Assembly: GCA_000990005.1 (NCBI GenBank)
Contig: LBPF01000001.1
Span: 90,315 to 154,314 of the forward strand
Length of the DNA stretch: 64,000 bases
Source: Candidatus Woesebacteria bacterium GW2011_GWB1_33_38
GTDB taxonomy: Bacteria > Patescibacteriota > Microgenomatia > UBA8517
Direction: 5' to 3'
The notes under the pieces are model-generated. The model was not told the origin of the DNA. It saw nothing but the letters and a program-made list of their open reading frames with translations, and ran no database searches. Below are positions 1 through 8,793 of this stretch, piece after piece. How positions within the stretch are numbered: the stretch's first letter is position 1; each line of letters begins with the position of its first letter. The position numbers and the translations under genes were made by a program.

Positions 1-1236
1 TATTCAGTTTTAACTACTGGTAGAGACGAATGGGGAGAATTTATGCCCTTACATTTTCGTGCATTTGGAGAGTTTAAACTTCCTGTCTATATATACTCAG
101 TTGTTGCTAGCGAATTTATATTTGGTTTAACTCCTTTGGCTGTTCGTTTACCAGCTGTTATGTATGGACTTTTGTCAATAATTGGACTGTATTTAATGGT
201 ATATGAGTTAACTAAAAACAAATTATTATCTCTTCTTTCATCATTCTTATTTAGCATTACTCCTTGGTTTTTTATCTTTTCAAGAACAGGATATGAAGTA
301 ACTGCAGGACTTACATTTTTTATCTGGGCAATTTATTTATTGCTTCGCTCTTTTGAGCGAAGTAAATTCTTATTTATTATTTCAACATTCTTATTTGTCA
401 TATCTGCATATAGTTATAATAGTTTTAGAATACTAACACCAATAGTACTTGGAATTATTTTTATTTACCATTTATATAAACGACAATTTGTGGTTGTTGC
501 TCTGTCTGTATTAATTTTGATAGCAAGCGTCGTACCGTTGTATAAGTTGTATAAAGAAGACTCAGGTTTATCAAGATTACAAACAGTTGGGTCAAAAAGT
601 AATTTAGTTATAAATTACTTCAAAAACTTTTCACCCAAATATTTATTTGTAAGTGGCGATACCAATCTAAGAAGTCAGATTCCACAAACAGGAGAGTTGT
701 ATTATTTAGATGCTTTATTTTTAGTATTAGGAATTTTATACATTTTAAAGTCTAATAATCCGAAGTTATATTTAGTTTTAGGACTTTTATTAATAGCCCC
801 AATTCCAGCTACTATTACTAAAGAAAATCCACATGCCCTACGCGCTATTTTAATGAGCCCTATTTTATCTGTAATTTCAGCATTTGGAGTTTATTATTTT
901 TCTAGCCTTTTTACTAAAAATAAAAATATATTATTAACTATAATTATTGTACTTTACGCTTTGTCTTTTGAAGGTTATATGTATAAATTCGGGACGGAGT
1001 ACAACAATTTGTCCCGTTCGGCATGGCAACATGAGTACAAGCAGATTTTTGAAAAACAAAAAGAAGGCTGTGTTTCGGATGAGTTTGCCCAGCCTTATAT
1101 ATTTGCCCTTTTTTACCAAAAAGTAAATCCAAAGGAATTTATTACAACCCGTGAGTTAAATCCAGTTTCTGATTGGGGATTTTCAACAGTAAAGTCATTT
1201 GGAAATTTTGATTTTCCTAAAATATGCAAAAATTAA
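1..1236 (+). CDS. GT-C fold membrane glycosyltransferase (ArnT/PMT_2-like), 5'-partial
   Basis: Frame is open from base 1 (YSVLTTGRDEWGEF...). Multi-TM protein with GEFKLPVYIY, AVRLP and FSRTGYE motifs; paralog of the next gene. Confidence 0.8.
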   Translation, partial: YSVLTTGRDEWGEFMPLHFRAFGEFKLPVYIYSVVASEFIFGLTPLAVRLPAVMYGLLSIIGLYLMVYELTKNKLLSLLSSFLFSITPWFFIFSRTGYEVTAGLTFFIWAIYLLLRSFERSKFLFIISTFLFVISAYSYNSFRILTPIVLGIIFIYHLYKRQFVVVALSVLILIASVVPLYKLYKEDSGLSRLQTVGSKSNLVINYFKNFSPKYLFVSGDTNLRSQIPQTGELYYLDALFLVLGILYILKSNNPKLYLVLGLLLIAPIPATITKENPHALRAILMSPILSVISAFGVYYFSSLFTKNKNILLTIIIVLYALSFEGYMYKFGTEYNNLSRSAWQHEYKQIFEKQKEGCVSDEFAQPYIFALFYQKVNPKEFITTRELNPVSDWGFSTVKSFGNFDFPKICKN

Positions 1237-2765
1237 CTTATTTTTTTTTGACATTAATTGTTTTACTTGCAGTGTTTTTAAGATTTTGGAAACTTGATCA
1301 AATACCAGCTTCACTTAATTGGGATGAGGTAGCAGCAGGATATAACGCATATACAATTGCCAATTGGGGAGCAGATGAATATGGAAATAAGTTTCCACTT
1401 GTTTTTAAGTCGTTTGCTGACGACAAACATCCAGTGCATATTTATTTGACCGCTATCGTAGTCAAGCTATTTGGATTATCAGACTTTAATATTCGCGCAA
1501 CAAGTGCAGGCATAGGTGTTTTGACTGTTCTTTTTGTTTTTTTTCTTGCAAAAGAATTGTTCAAGAGTGATTTAGTAGGTTTATTTTCAAGCTTATTTTT
1601 AGCTGTTTCTCCATACCATATTCATTTCTCAAGAGGCCTGTGGGAAAATAACTTTGCTCTTTTCTTTTTAATAGCAGGACTCGTCATGTTTTACACTGGA
1701 ATTAGAAAATCCAATTATTTGATTCCCCTCGCTTTTTCTTTTTTTGGACTTTCGTTTTATTCATATCATTCTGCAAAAATAGTAGTTCCAATGGTTGTAG
1801 TTTTGGTTTGTCTAATTAATATCAAAAAGTTATTGGCAAACAAGACAGTGTTTATGTCATCTGTATTAGTAGTTTTTCTTTTTGGAATACTACTGATCAA
1901 GGATACTAGAATTTTAGGTTTTGCCAGAATTAATCAAACCAAATTAGCAAGCGATGTAAGCATTTTTGATAATTATAAAAAACATTTTACTTATTCATAT
2001 TTGTTTAGAAGTGGTGATCTGGGTCCAAGAGCATCAGTGAAAGTAATTGGTGAGTTTTACAAAATAGATTTGATACTTTCACTTATTGGATTACTCGTCT
2101 TAATAACTAAAAAGAAGTGGCAAGTCCTGTCCGTTATTGTTTTTTGGTTGATATTATCACCAATCCCCAGTGCGGTTTCATCAACAGAACCAAGCGCTAT
2201 AAGAGGAATTTTTATGATAGTTCCTGTGTTACTACTATCGGCTTCTGGAACAGAAGCTCTGATTGTGCTTTTTAAAAATAAATTGGTTCAACTTGTTATT
2301 GTGATGGCTATTTTGATAAGTTTGGGTTTTGAAGTTAAAAATTACCTTAGCTATTATCTAAACATCTATCCAGTTAAAGAAGCAATTGAGTGGCAGTATG
2401 GTATGAAACAAATTGTTGAATATAGTCAGAAAAATAATGATTTTTATAAAATGTACGTTGATAATATTCGTCAACAACCTTATATATACTTTTTGTATTA
2501 TTTAAAAGTTCCACTTCCTGAACTTTTAGCAACTGTAAGATATGATGAAAGTAATTCAAAAAGTTTTAATACAGTACTGTCGTTTGATAGATACCAGTTT
2601 GGTAATTGGAATATTATAGAAAGTTACCCTAATGAAGGAATTTTATACACGGTAACTCCCAGTTATTATACTGGTTTAAGACATTTACAACAATTTGATG
2701 TATTAAAATTAATAAAGTATCCTAATAAGAGTGATGCATTTTATATTGTAGGAGGGCATGAATAA
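1224..2765 (+). CDS. GT-C fold membrane glycosyltransferase (ArnT/PMT_2-like)
   Basis: N-terminal TM followed by the acidic loop motif LNWDEVAAGYNAY, DDKHP and FSRGLWE; many TM helices. Confidence 0.85.
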   Translation: MQKLTYFFLTLIVLLAVFLRFWKLDQIPASLNWDEVAAGYNAYTIANWGADEYGNKFPLVFKSFADDKHPVHIYLTAIVVKLFGLSDFNIRATSAGIGVLTVLFVFFLAKELFKSDLVGLFSSLFLAVSPYHIHFSRGLWENNFALFFLIAGLVMFYTGIRKSNYLIPLAFSFFGLSFYSYHSAKIVVPMVVVLVCLINIKKLLANKTVFMSSVLVVFLFGILLIKDTRILGFARINQTKLASDVSIFDNYKKHFTYSYLFRSGDLGPRASVKVIGEFYKIDLILSLIGLLVLITKKKWQVLSVIVFWLILSPIPSAVSSTEPSAIRGIFMIVPVLLLSASGTEALIVLFKNKLVQLVIVMAILISLGFEVKNYLSYYLNIYPVKEAIEWQYGMKQIVEYSQKNNDFYKMYVDNIRQQPYIYFLYYLKVPLPELLATVRYDESNSKSFNTVLSFDRYQFGNWNIIESYPNEGILYTVTPSYYTGLRHLQQFDVLKLIKYPNKSDAFYIVGGHE

Positions 2766-2780
2766 TAAAACAATTAATCT

Positions 2781-2808
2781 GTGACGAGTTACGGGTTACG
2801 AGTTAAAC
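2781..2808 (+). repeat. 7-bp tandem repeat array (GTTACGA consensus) upstream of the four-helix-bundle gene
   Basis: GTGACGA GTTACGG GTTACGA GTTAAAC read directly. Confidence 0.85.
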
Positions 2809-2813
2809 AAAAT

Positions 2814-3176
2814 ATGAATATTGTAAAATTTGAGGATTTAGAAATCTGGAAATCAGCATTGTTGGTTACAAAAGATGTTTACGATATTACATCTCAGGGC
2901 AAGTTTTCAAAAGATTTTGGATTAAGAGATCAGATTAGAAGAGCTGTGGTGTCAATTAGTTCAAATATTGTCGAAGGTTTTGAAAAAAGAAATAATAATG
3001 AATTTAGACGATTTTTAATGATTTCGAAAGGTTCAGCTGGAGAAGTTAGAAACCAACTTTACATTGCTTTATCGATCAATTATATAAACAAATTAGAATT
3101 TGATAAGATAAATAGCCAGTTGCTAGAATTGTCAAAAAGGATGGGTGCGTTCATCAGTTATTTAACAAAAAAATGA
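2814..3176 (+). CDS. Four helix bundle protein (23S rRNA IVP family; Avd-like fold)
   Basis: FEDLEIWK, DFGLRDQIRRAVVSISSNIVEG and FLMISKGSAGEV family motifs. The ATG at 2814 is preferred over the GTG at 2781, which lies in the repeat. Confidence 0.9.
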   Translation: MNIVKFEDLEIWKSALLVTKDVYDITSQGKFSKDFGLRDQIRRAVVSISSNIVEGFEKRNNNEFRRFLMISKGSAGEVRNQLYIALSINYINKLEFDKINSQLLELSKRMGAFISYLTKK

Positions 3177-4078
3177 TCAAAAATGTTAACTCGCCACTCG
3201 TAACTCGTAACCCCAAAACTGTGTTACTGTCCGTTATCCTAGCAACAAGAAACGAAGAAGAAAATATTAAACGGTGCCTGGAAAGCGTAAAAGATATTGC
3301 ATCTGAGATTATTATTTTTGATGAATATTCAACTGATTCTACTCGTGAAATTGCAGAAAAACTTGGAGCCAAAGTATATCTTGAAGAACATCATGATATA
3401 TTTCATATTACAAAACAAAAAGCACTCGAAAAAGCTAATGGAGAATGGATATTGCAACTTGATGCGGATGAAGTAGTAACACTAGAATTAGTAACAGATA
3501 TACTCAACGTTGTTAATGGTCAACTCGTCACTCGTAACTCGCAAACCGACAAACTATTTCAACGTCATCAAAAATTAATAGAACAACGTGACGGTCCAAT
3601 TGGTAAATCTACAGGTTATACGGTGGGCTATTTTATTCCCAGAAGGAATATGTTTTTGGGAAAACCTTTAATTCACGCAGGGGTATATCCAGATGGAGTA
3701 ATAAGATTAGTTAAAAACGGTTTTGCCAGATTCCCTCAAAAGTCTGTACATGAACAAATTGAACTTGATGGAAAAGTTGGCTGGTTAAATGGTGATTTAC
3801 TGCATTATGATTCACCAACTTTAAAAAGATATTTATCTCGTTTAAATCGCTACACTGATCTTCACGCGGAAGAGCTAAAAGTAAAGAAACTTCCTAATAA
3901 TATATTGTCTTTTGTTAAGTATGTCTTCCTAATTCCTACTTCCAAATTCTTGACTCTCTATTTTCGTCATCTCGGTTTCCTTGACGGCGTAAACGGCTTT
4001 CTCTGGAGTTTTTTTAGCGCCCTGCACTTCCCAATTGCATATTTTAAATATGTAACAGATAATAAAGATATAAAATAA
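3173..4078 (+). CDS. GT2 glycosyltransferase (LgtF/KdtX-like)
   Basis: SVILATRNEEENI, DEYSTD, WILQLDADE, VHE and LLHY motifs. Confidence 0.9.
   Translation: MIKNVNSPLVTRNPKTVLLSVILATRNEEENIKRCLESVKDIASEIIIFDEYSTDSTREIAEKLGAKVYLEEHHDIFHITKQKALEKANGEWILQLDADEVVTLELVTDILNVVNGQLVTRNSQTDKLFQRHQKLIEQRDGPIGKSTGYTVGYFIPRRNMFLGKPLIHAGVYPDGVIRLVKNGFARFPQKSVHEQIELDGKVGWLNGDLLHYDSPTLKRYLSRLNRYTDLHAEELKVKKLPNNILSFVKYVFLIPTSKFLTLYFRHLGFLDGVNGFLWSFFSALHFPIAYFKYVTDNKDIK
3184..3213 (-). repeat. 7-bp repeat array, inverted relative to 2781-2808, translated within the GT2 N-terminus
   Basis: Plus strand reads TGTTAAC TCGCCAC TCGTAAC TCGTAAC CC and encodes NSPLVTRNP. Confidence 0.85.
3518..3546 (-). repeat. 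Second inverted 7-bp repeat array inside the GT2
   Basis: Plus strand reads GGTCAAC TCGTCAC TCGTAAC TCGCAAA C and encodes GQLVTRNSQT. Confidence 0.85.
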
Positions 4079-4079
4079 G

Positions 4080-4817
4080 ATGGATTTAAAAAATAAAATT
4101 GTGGTCATTACAGGTTCTTCAAGCGGGATAGGTAGAACAACTGCTATAAGATTTGCAAAAGAAGGTGCAAAAGTTGTTGTAAATTTTAATATTAATTCTA
4201 GGGGGGGGCAGGAGACTGTCGATGAAATTAATAAAATCTCCGAGGGATTGTTGGTACAGGCTGATGTTACAAAGCCAAAAGAAATAATTAGGTTGTTTGA
4301 CGAAGTCGTTAAAAAATTTGGGACAGTCGATATATTAATAAATAATGCAGCAATTCCAAATGATAAAGTTCCATATTTTGAAGCAAGTTATGAGGATATT
4401 GTTGAACTTGTAAATACTGATTTGATTGGACCAATGATGTGTTCAAAGGAGGCGTTAAAATATATGCAAAAACAGGGTTATGGAAAAATAATTAATACAA
4501 GTTCGATTAGGGGTGCAGAATATGGTGGTAGATCTGTTGTTTATGCTGCTTCAAAATCTGGAATTAATAGTTTTTCAAAAACCCTGGCTAAAATGGTTTC
4601 CCCAAATATTCAGGTAAATGCAGTAGCACCAGGATTTGTAAAAACTAGAAACTATGATGGGATGACTAAAGAACAAACCGATTTGTTTATTGCTCAAACA
4701 TATTTAAAAAGATGGGTTACAGAAGATGAAATTGCAGATGCATTTATATTTTTAGCAAAAAATGACGCAATGACAGGCCAAGTAATATATGTTGATGCGG
4801 GATTTACACTGAAATAA
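4080..4817 (+). CDS. SDR family oxidoreductase (FabG-like)
   Basis: TGSSSGIG, NNA, YAASK, VNAVAPG and MTGQVIYVDAG motifs. Confidence 0.9.
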   Translation: MDLKNKIVVITGSSSGIGRTTAIRFAKEGAKVVVNFNINSRGGQETVDEINKISEGLLVQADVTKPKEIIRLFDEVVKKFGTVDILINNAAIPNDKVPYFEASYEDIVELVNTDLIGPMMCSKEALKYMQKQGYGKIINTSSIRGAEYGGRSVVYAASKSGINSFSKTLAKMVSPNIQVNAVAPGFVKTRNYDGMTKEQTDLFIAQTYLKRWVTEDEIADAFIFLAKNDAMTGQVIYVDAGFTLK

Positions 4818-4818
4818 T

Positions 4819-5037
4819 CTATTTTATAATTTCTTCTCTTGAAATTCCTGCCTCTCGAAGTAACGAAATCAGGGTTCCTTTTGGAATGTCGTTTAAATGC
4901 ATTGCAATAACTGCCCTTTTTCCATTTTTTGAATTAAACATTACAATATGACTCCCCGTTTGGTGATCTTCGATAAATCCTAATTTTTTAAGTTTCTTTA
5001 ATAATTTCTTTGACGTAAAATTTGGAAGTTTAGGCAT
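4819..5037 (-). CDS. hicA: HicA family toxin (mRNA interferase)
   Basis: 72 aa with LKKLGF, GSH and IPKGTL..LLREAG motifs. Confidence 0.9.
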   Translation of the reverse strand: MPKLPNFTSKKLLKKLKKLGFIEDHQTGSHIVMFNSKNGKRAVIAMHLNDIPKGTLISLLREAGISREEIIK

Positions 5038-5278
5038 ATGAAAACGGTATTGGTGTATCCATATTTATAGTTGAGAAGAATGAATGTTCATCGCTTGGTG
5101 CAACTTCCTCATGTTTTTTCAAACTGGCTAAATATGCGTTAATTGCTTCTTTAGCCATTTTTTTAGCTTCAGTTAAATTTTTACCATAAGTTACGCAACC
5201 AGGAAGCGAAGGAACTGAAACAGTAAACCCTCCTTCTGGTTCTGTCTTAAAAATTAAATTGTAAGTAACTTTTTTCAT
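5030..5278 (-). CDS. hicB: HicB family antitoxin, short form without a DNA-binding domain
   Basis: EPEGGFTVSVPSLPGCVTYG..L.EA..MAKEAI. CAT at 5276-5278 and TTA at 5030-5032 put it on the minus strand, although the ORF track lists +. Confidence 0.9.
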   Translation of the reverse strand: MKKVTYNLIFKTEPEGGFTVSVPSLPGCVTYGKNLTEAKKMAKEAINAYLASLKKHEEVAPSDEHSFFSTINMDTPIPFSYA

Positions 5279-5319
5279 ATAACATATATTTTAGAATAGT
5301 AAGTCAAGTAAAACAAGGT

Positions 5320-5325
5320 TATAAT
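5320..5325 (+). promoter_or_regulatory. -10 box TATAAT, probable leaderless promoter
   Basis: TATAAT ends 7 nt before the ATG at 5333; no SD. Confidence 0.6.
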
Positions 5326-5332
5326 TCTTCAA

Positions 5333-6877
5333 ATGACTTCAAAGATTGAGATTAATGAAAAGTTTAAGGAGGCAATTGGTGCAGTTAGAGACGCGAAAAA
5401 TGTTTTTATTACAGGAAAGGCAGGAACGGGAAAATCCACACTTCTTAAAGTAATTAGAGATAATTTAGAAAAAAACCATGTAGTTTTAGCTCCAACAGGT
5501 GTTGCCGCTGTTAATATTGGGGGACAAACAATTCATTCTTTTTTTCGCTTTCGCCCTGATATCACAATTGAAAAAGTACAGAAAAAATATAAAACTGTCA
5601 AAAACCCTGAAATTTATAAAAATTTAGAAATTTTAATTATTGATGAAATTTCAATGGTCAGGGCTGATTTATTAGACTGTGTTAATACATTCTTAAAAAT
5701 GCATGGCCCTGACAAGGAAACGGCTTTTGGAGGTGTTCAACTTGTGTTTATCGGAGATTTATATCAGCTTCCTCCTGTTGTAACTTACAAAGAAAAAGAA
5801 ATATTTAGTACTATGTATGAAAGCCCTTACTTTTTTGATTCCAAAGCTTTTAAAGAAACCAAGTTTATTTTGATAGAACTTGAAAAAATTTATAGACAAA
5901 CCGAAGAAGATTTTATTAAAATTTTAAATGCCGTCAGGAATAGATCAATTGACGATAATTTATTAACTCTTCTAAATAAAAATACAAATTTTAATTTTGA
6001 ACTAAAGACTGACGAAGGATTTATAGAATTAGTAACAGTTAATGCCAAAGCTGATGAAATAAATTATAAAAAATTAACAAGTTTAGATGGAAAGATGTAT
6101 ACCTATGAAGGAGAGATTACTGGAGATTTTGATGAAAAAGCCTTTCCTGCACCACACATATTGGACTTAAAAATTGGATCTCAGGTAATGCTGACCAATA
6201 ATGACAAGTTGGGGAGGTGGATAAACGGAACGGTTGGAAAACTAGAAAAAATTAAAAAAGAAAATGATATTGAGAAAATTTGGGTAAGACTTGAAAATGG
6301 AGAATTAGTTGATGTGGCTCCTAATACCTGGGAAATGTATAAATTTTCATATGATTCTAAAAATAATAAAATAACCACAGAAACGACAGGGTCATTTACA
6401 CAGTATCCAATAATATTATCTTGGGCTATAACAATCCATAAATCCCAGGGCAAAACTTTTAACAAAGTAATTGTTGATATGGGTAGAGGATCTTTTGCTC
6501 ATGGTCAAACATATGTTGCATTATCAAGATGTACTACACTTTCAGGACTTGTTCTTCGTGTTCCAATTAAAAAAAGTCATATTCTGCTCGACTGGAAAGT
6601 TGTAAAGTTTTTGACAAGTTTTCAATATCAGTTATCAGATAATAATATTTCACTTGATGTAAAAATAGAATATTTAAAGAAAAAACTTGACGAGCAAGGC
6701 TCGTGTGATATCACTTATTTAAAATCTAATGATGAAAAAACAAAAAGGACAATTTGGCCAAGAGAAATTGGCAAGATGGAGTATCTTGGCAAGGAGTTTA
6801 TAGGTGTAATTGCCGATGATGACCTAAGGGGTGAAGAAAGAGTTTTCAGAGTAGATAGAATTTTGGAAATAAAGTAG
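5333..6877 (+). CDS. Pif1/RecD-like SF1B helicase with C-terminal WYL domain
   Basis: GKAGTGKS, APTGVAA, DEISM, GDLYQLPPV, TIHKSQG and YVALSR. The C-terminus ITYLKSNDEKTKRTIWP...R.EERVFRVDRI is WYL-like. Confidence 0.9.
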   Translation: MTSKIEINEKFKEAIGAVRDAKNVFITGKAGTGKSTLLKVIRDNLEKNHVVLAPTGVAAVNIGGQTIHSFFRFRPDITIEKVQKKYKTVKNPEIYKNLEILIIDEISMVRADLLDCVNTFLKMHGPDKETAFGGVQLVFIGDLYQLPPVVTYKEKEIFSTMYESPYFFDSKAFKETKFILIELEKIYRQTEEDFIKILNAVRNRSIDDNLLTLLNKNTNFNFELKTDEGFIELVTVNAKADEINYKKLTSLDGKMYTYEGEITGDFDEKAFPAPHILDLKIGSQVMLTNNDKLGRWINGTVGKLEKIKKENDIEKIWVRLENGELVDVAPNTWEMYKFSYDSKNNKITTETTGSFTQYPIILSWAITIHKSQGKTFNKVIVDMGRGSFAHGQTYVALSRCTTLSGLVLRVPIKKSHILLDWKVVKFLTSFQYQLSDNNISLDVKIEYLKKKLDEQGSCDITYLKSNDEKTKRTIWPREIGKMEYLGKEFIGVIADDDLRGEERVFRVDRILEIK

Positions 6878-6890
6878 TTATACTATAACC

Positions 6891-7616
6891 ATGAACTTAA
6901 AAGACAAAATTGCAGTTGTAACTGGTGGAAGTAGTGGAATTGGACAAGCAATTTGTATTGCTTTGGCAAAAGAAGGCTGTAAGGTAGTTTTTACTTATAA
7001 TACAAATGAAAAAGGGGCAGATGAAACTCTTAAAAAGTTGAATGATGATAGTTATAAATTCAAAGTTGATTTACAAAACGAAGAAGATATCAAGAATTTG
7101 TTTGATTTTGTAAAAGAAAAATTTGGGAAATTAGATATCTTAGTAAATAATGCCGGATACAGTAAGAGTGGTGACATTTTTGATCTAAAGTTATGGTCTA
7201 GGGCGTTAAATACCAATGTCTTGGGTTATATTACTGTAATAAAATATGCAAAGAATATTATTAATGAAGGTAAAATTTTAAATATTTCATCAGTTTACGC
7301 CGAAGATAAAGTTGCGTGGCCAGGCAAAGCTGCTGATGCAGCATCAAAATCTGCAATCAATAATTTAACACGAACTATAGCTAAAGAATTTGCTCCAAAA
7401 ATTAATGTAAATGCGATAGCGCCAGGTTATGTTGACACACGACTTTGGGATGAGTTTTCACCAGAGATTAAAAATGAAGCAAAAACAGAGCTCTTGATTG
7501 GAAGGTTGATTAAACCTTCAGAAATTGCAGAGATGGCGACGGCCATTATTAAAAACGACGCAATGACGGGTGAGGTGGTGGTGGTTGATGGTGGATTATC
7601 TCTAAAAACAGTATGA
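6891..7616 (+). CDS. SDR family oxidoreductase, paralog of 4080-4817, catalytic Tyr replaced by Asp
   Basis: TGGSSGIG, NNAG, NAIAPG and KNDAMTG; the YxxxK motif reads DAASK. Confidence 0.85.
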   Translation: MNLKDKIAVVTGGSSGIGQAICIALAKEGCKVVFTYNTNEKGADETLKKLNDDSYKFKVDLQNEEDIKNLFDFVKEKFGKLDILVNNAGYSKSGDIFDLKLWSRALNTNVLGYITVIKYAKNIINEGKILNISSVYAEDKVAWPGKAADAASKSAINNLTRTIAKEFAPKINVNAIAPGYVDTRLWDEFSPEIKNEAKTELLIGRLIKPSEIAEMATAIIKNDAMTGEVVVVDGGLSLKTV

Positions 7617-8071
7617 AATTAACTGAAAAAGACAAAAAGGAAATACTTACATTTTTAGGAAAACACAAGTTAATGTCCTTAGGAACTTATTACAAAGAAC
7701 CTTGGGCTGCTCCAGTTTATTATCTATTTGACGATGATTTGAATTTTTACTTTGTCAGTGGAACTAAAACTATACACGCTCAAAATATTTTGAAAAATCC
7801 AAAAGTTTCAATAACAATAGCTGATAGTAAACAGAACCCTAATGGTAAAAAGGTAGGTTTTCAAGCAAGGGGTAATGCCACTAAAGTAACTTCTGTCTCA
7901 GAAATTAAAGATATAATTATTGTATGGAATAAAAGAGGGTTTGTTCCTGTAACATATAAAATATTTAAAAAAGTATGGAAATCCAGGTTTTATAAGGTAA
8001 AGTTAAATAGGCTACAGATCTTTGACGAAAATCAAACAGGAGTCAAAGAAGTTAGAAATTGGAAAATATGA
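7613..8071 (+). CDS. Pyridoxamine 5'-phosphate oxidase-like split-barrel protein
   Basis: MSLGT...PWAAPVYY...FYFVS..T.H..NI.KNPKVSITI. Confidence 0.8.
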   Translation: MKLTEKDKKEILTFLGKHKLMSLGTYYKEPWAAPVYYLFDDDLNFYFVSGTKTIHAQNILKNPKVSITIADSKQNPNGKKVGFQARGNATKVTSVSEIKDIIIVWNKRGFVPVTYKIFKKVWKSRFYKVKLNRLQIFDENQTGVKEVRNWKI

Positions 8072-8778
8072 ATTTAAAAGGAAAAGTTGTGGTTGTAACA
8101 GGCTCAAGTGATGGCATAGGCAAGCAAGTTGCTTTAAAACTTGCTAATGAAGGAGTTTTGTTGGCCTTAGTAGCTAGAGATGAAGACAGACTCAAAGAGG
8201 TTAAAAATAAATGTTTAGAATTGGGATCATCCAAAGTTGAAAGTTATTCATGCGATGTTTCAGATAAAGATAAAGTAAAGGAAACAATTAATAAGATTTT
8301 GGTGGATTTTAATACTGTTGACATTTTACTTAATATTGCAGGTGTTTGGCAAGAGTTAAACAAATTAGAAGATATATCCGATGAAGAAATTGATAGTGTT
8401 ATAAACATTAACTTGAAGGGTGTGATCTATGTTACTAAACAATTGTTAAAGTACTTCAAAGAAAGAGATGAAGAAGCAATTATCTTAAACGTCTCGTCCC
8501 GATCTGGTGTAACAACTCAAGAAGGCCAATCGATTTATACAGCTTCCAAATGGGGAGTAACAGGATTCACTGAGGTTTTGAAAACAGATCTTAAAAATTC
8601 AAAAATAAGAGTAGCTACGCTTCACCAAGGAGGAACTAACACTAACCTATTTAGTAAAACAGGCGAGCATTTTAATCAAGATAAGTTTATAAAACCTGAA
8701 GATTTGGCTGACGTTATAGTTTTTATGCTCTCACGTCCTCCTCAAATTTGGCTTCATGATGTAAGAGTCGAGTATTAA
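8068..8778 (+). CDS. SDR family oxidoreductase
   Basis: TGSSDGIG, NIAG and YTASK; the ATG at 8068 overlaps the upstream stop (ATGA). Confidence 0.9.
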   Translation: MNLKGKVVVVTGSSDGIGKQVALKLANEGVLLALVARDEDRLKEVKNKCLELGSSKVESYSCDVSDKDKVKETINKILVDFNTVDILLNIAGVWQELNKLEDISDEEIDSVININLKGVIYVTKQLLKYFKERDEEAIILNVSSRSGVTTQEGQSIYTASKWGVTGFTEVLKTDLKNSKIRVATLHQGGTNTNLFSKTGEHFNQDKFIKPEDLADVIVFMLSRPPQIWLHDVRVEY

Positions 8779-8793
8779 TTGTATAATACCTTC

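Noticed and set aside
2814..3176. Diversity-generating retroelement suggested by the Avd-like fold
   Set aside because: No reverse transcriptase and no TR/VR pair seen in the window.
4201..4208. G8 tract (also G7 at 11410-11416 and T9 at 1241-1249) as phase-variation sites
   Set aside because: Short, currently in frame, and no read-level evidence of length variation.
5030..5278. ORF track lists the 82-aa HicB ORF on the + strand
   Set aside because: The peptide is encoded on the minus strand (CAT at 5276-5278, TTA at 5030-5032).
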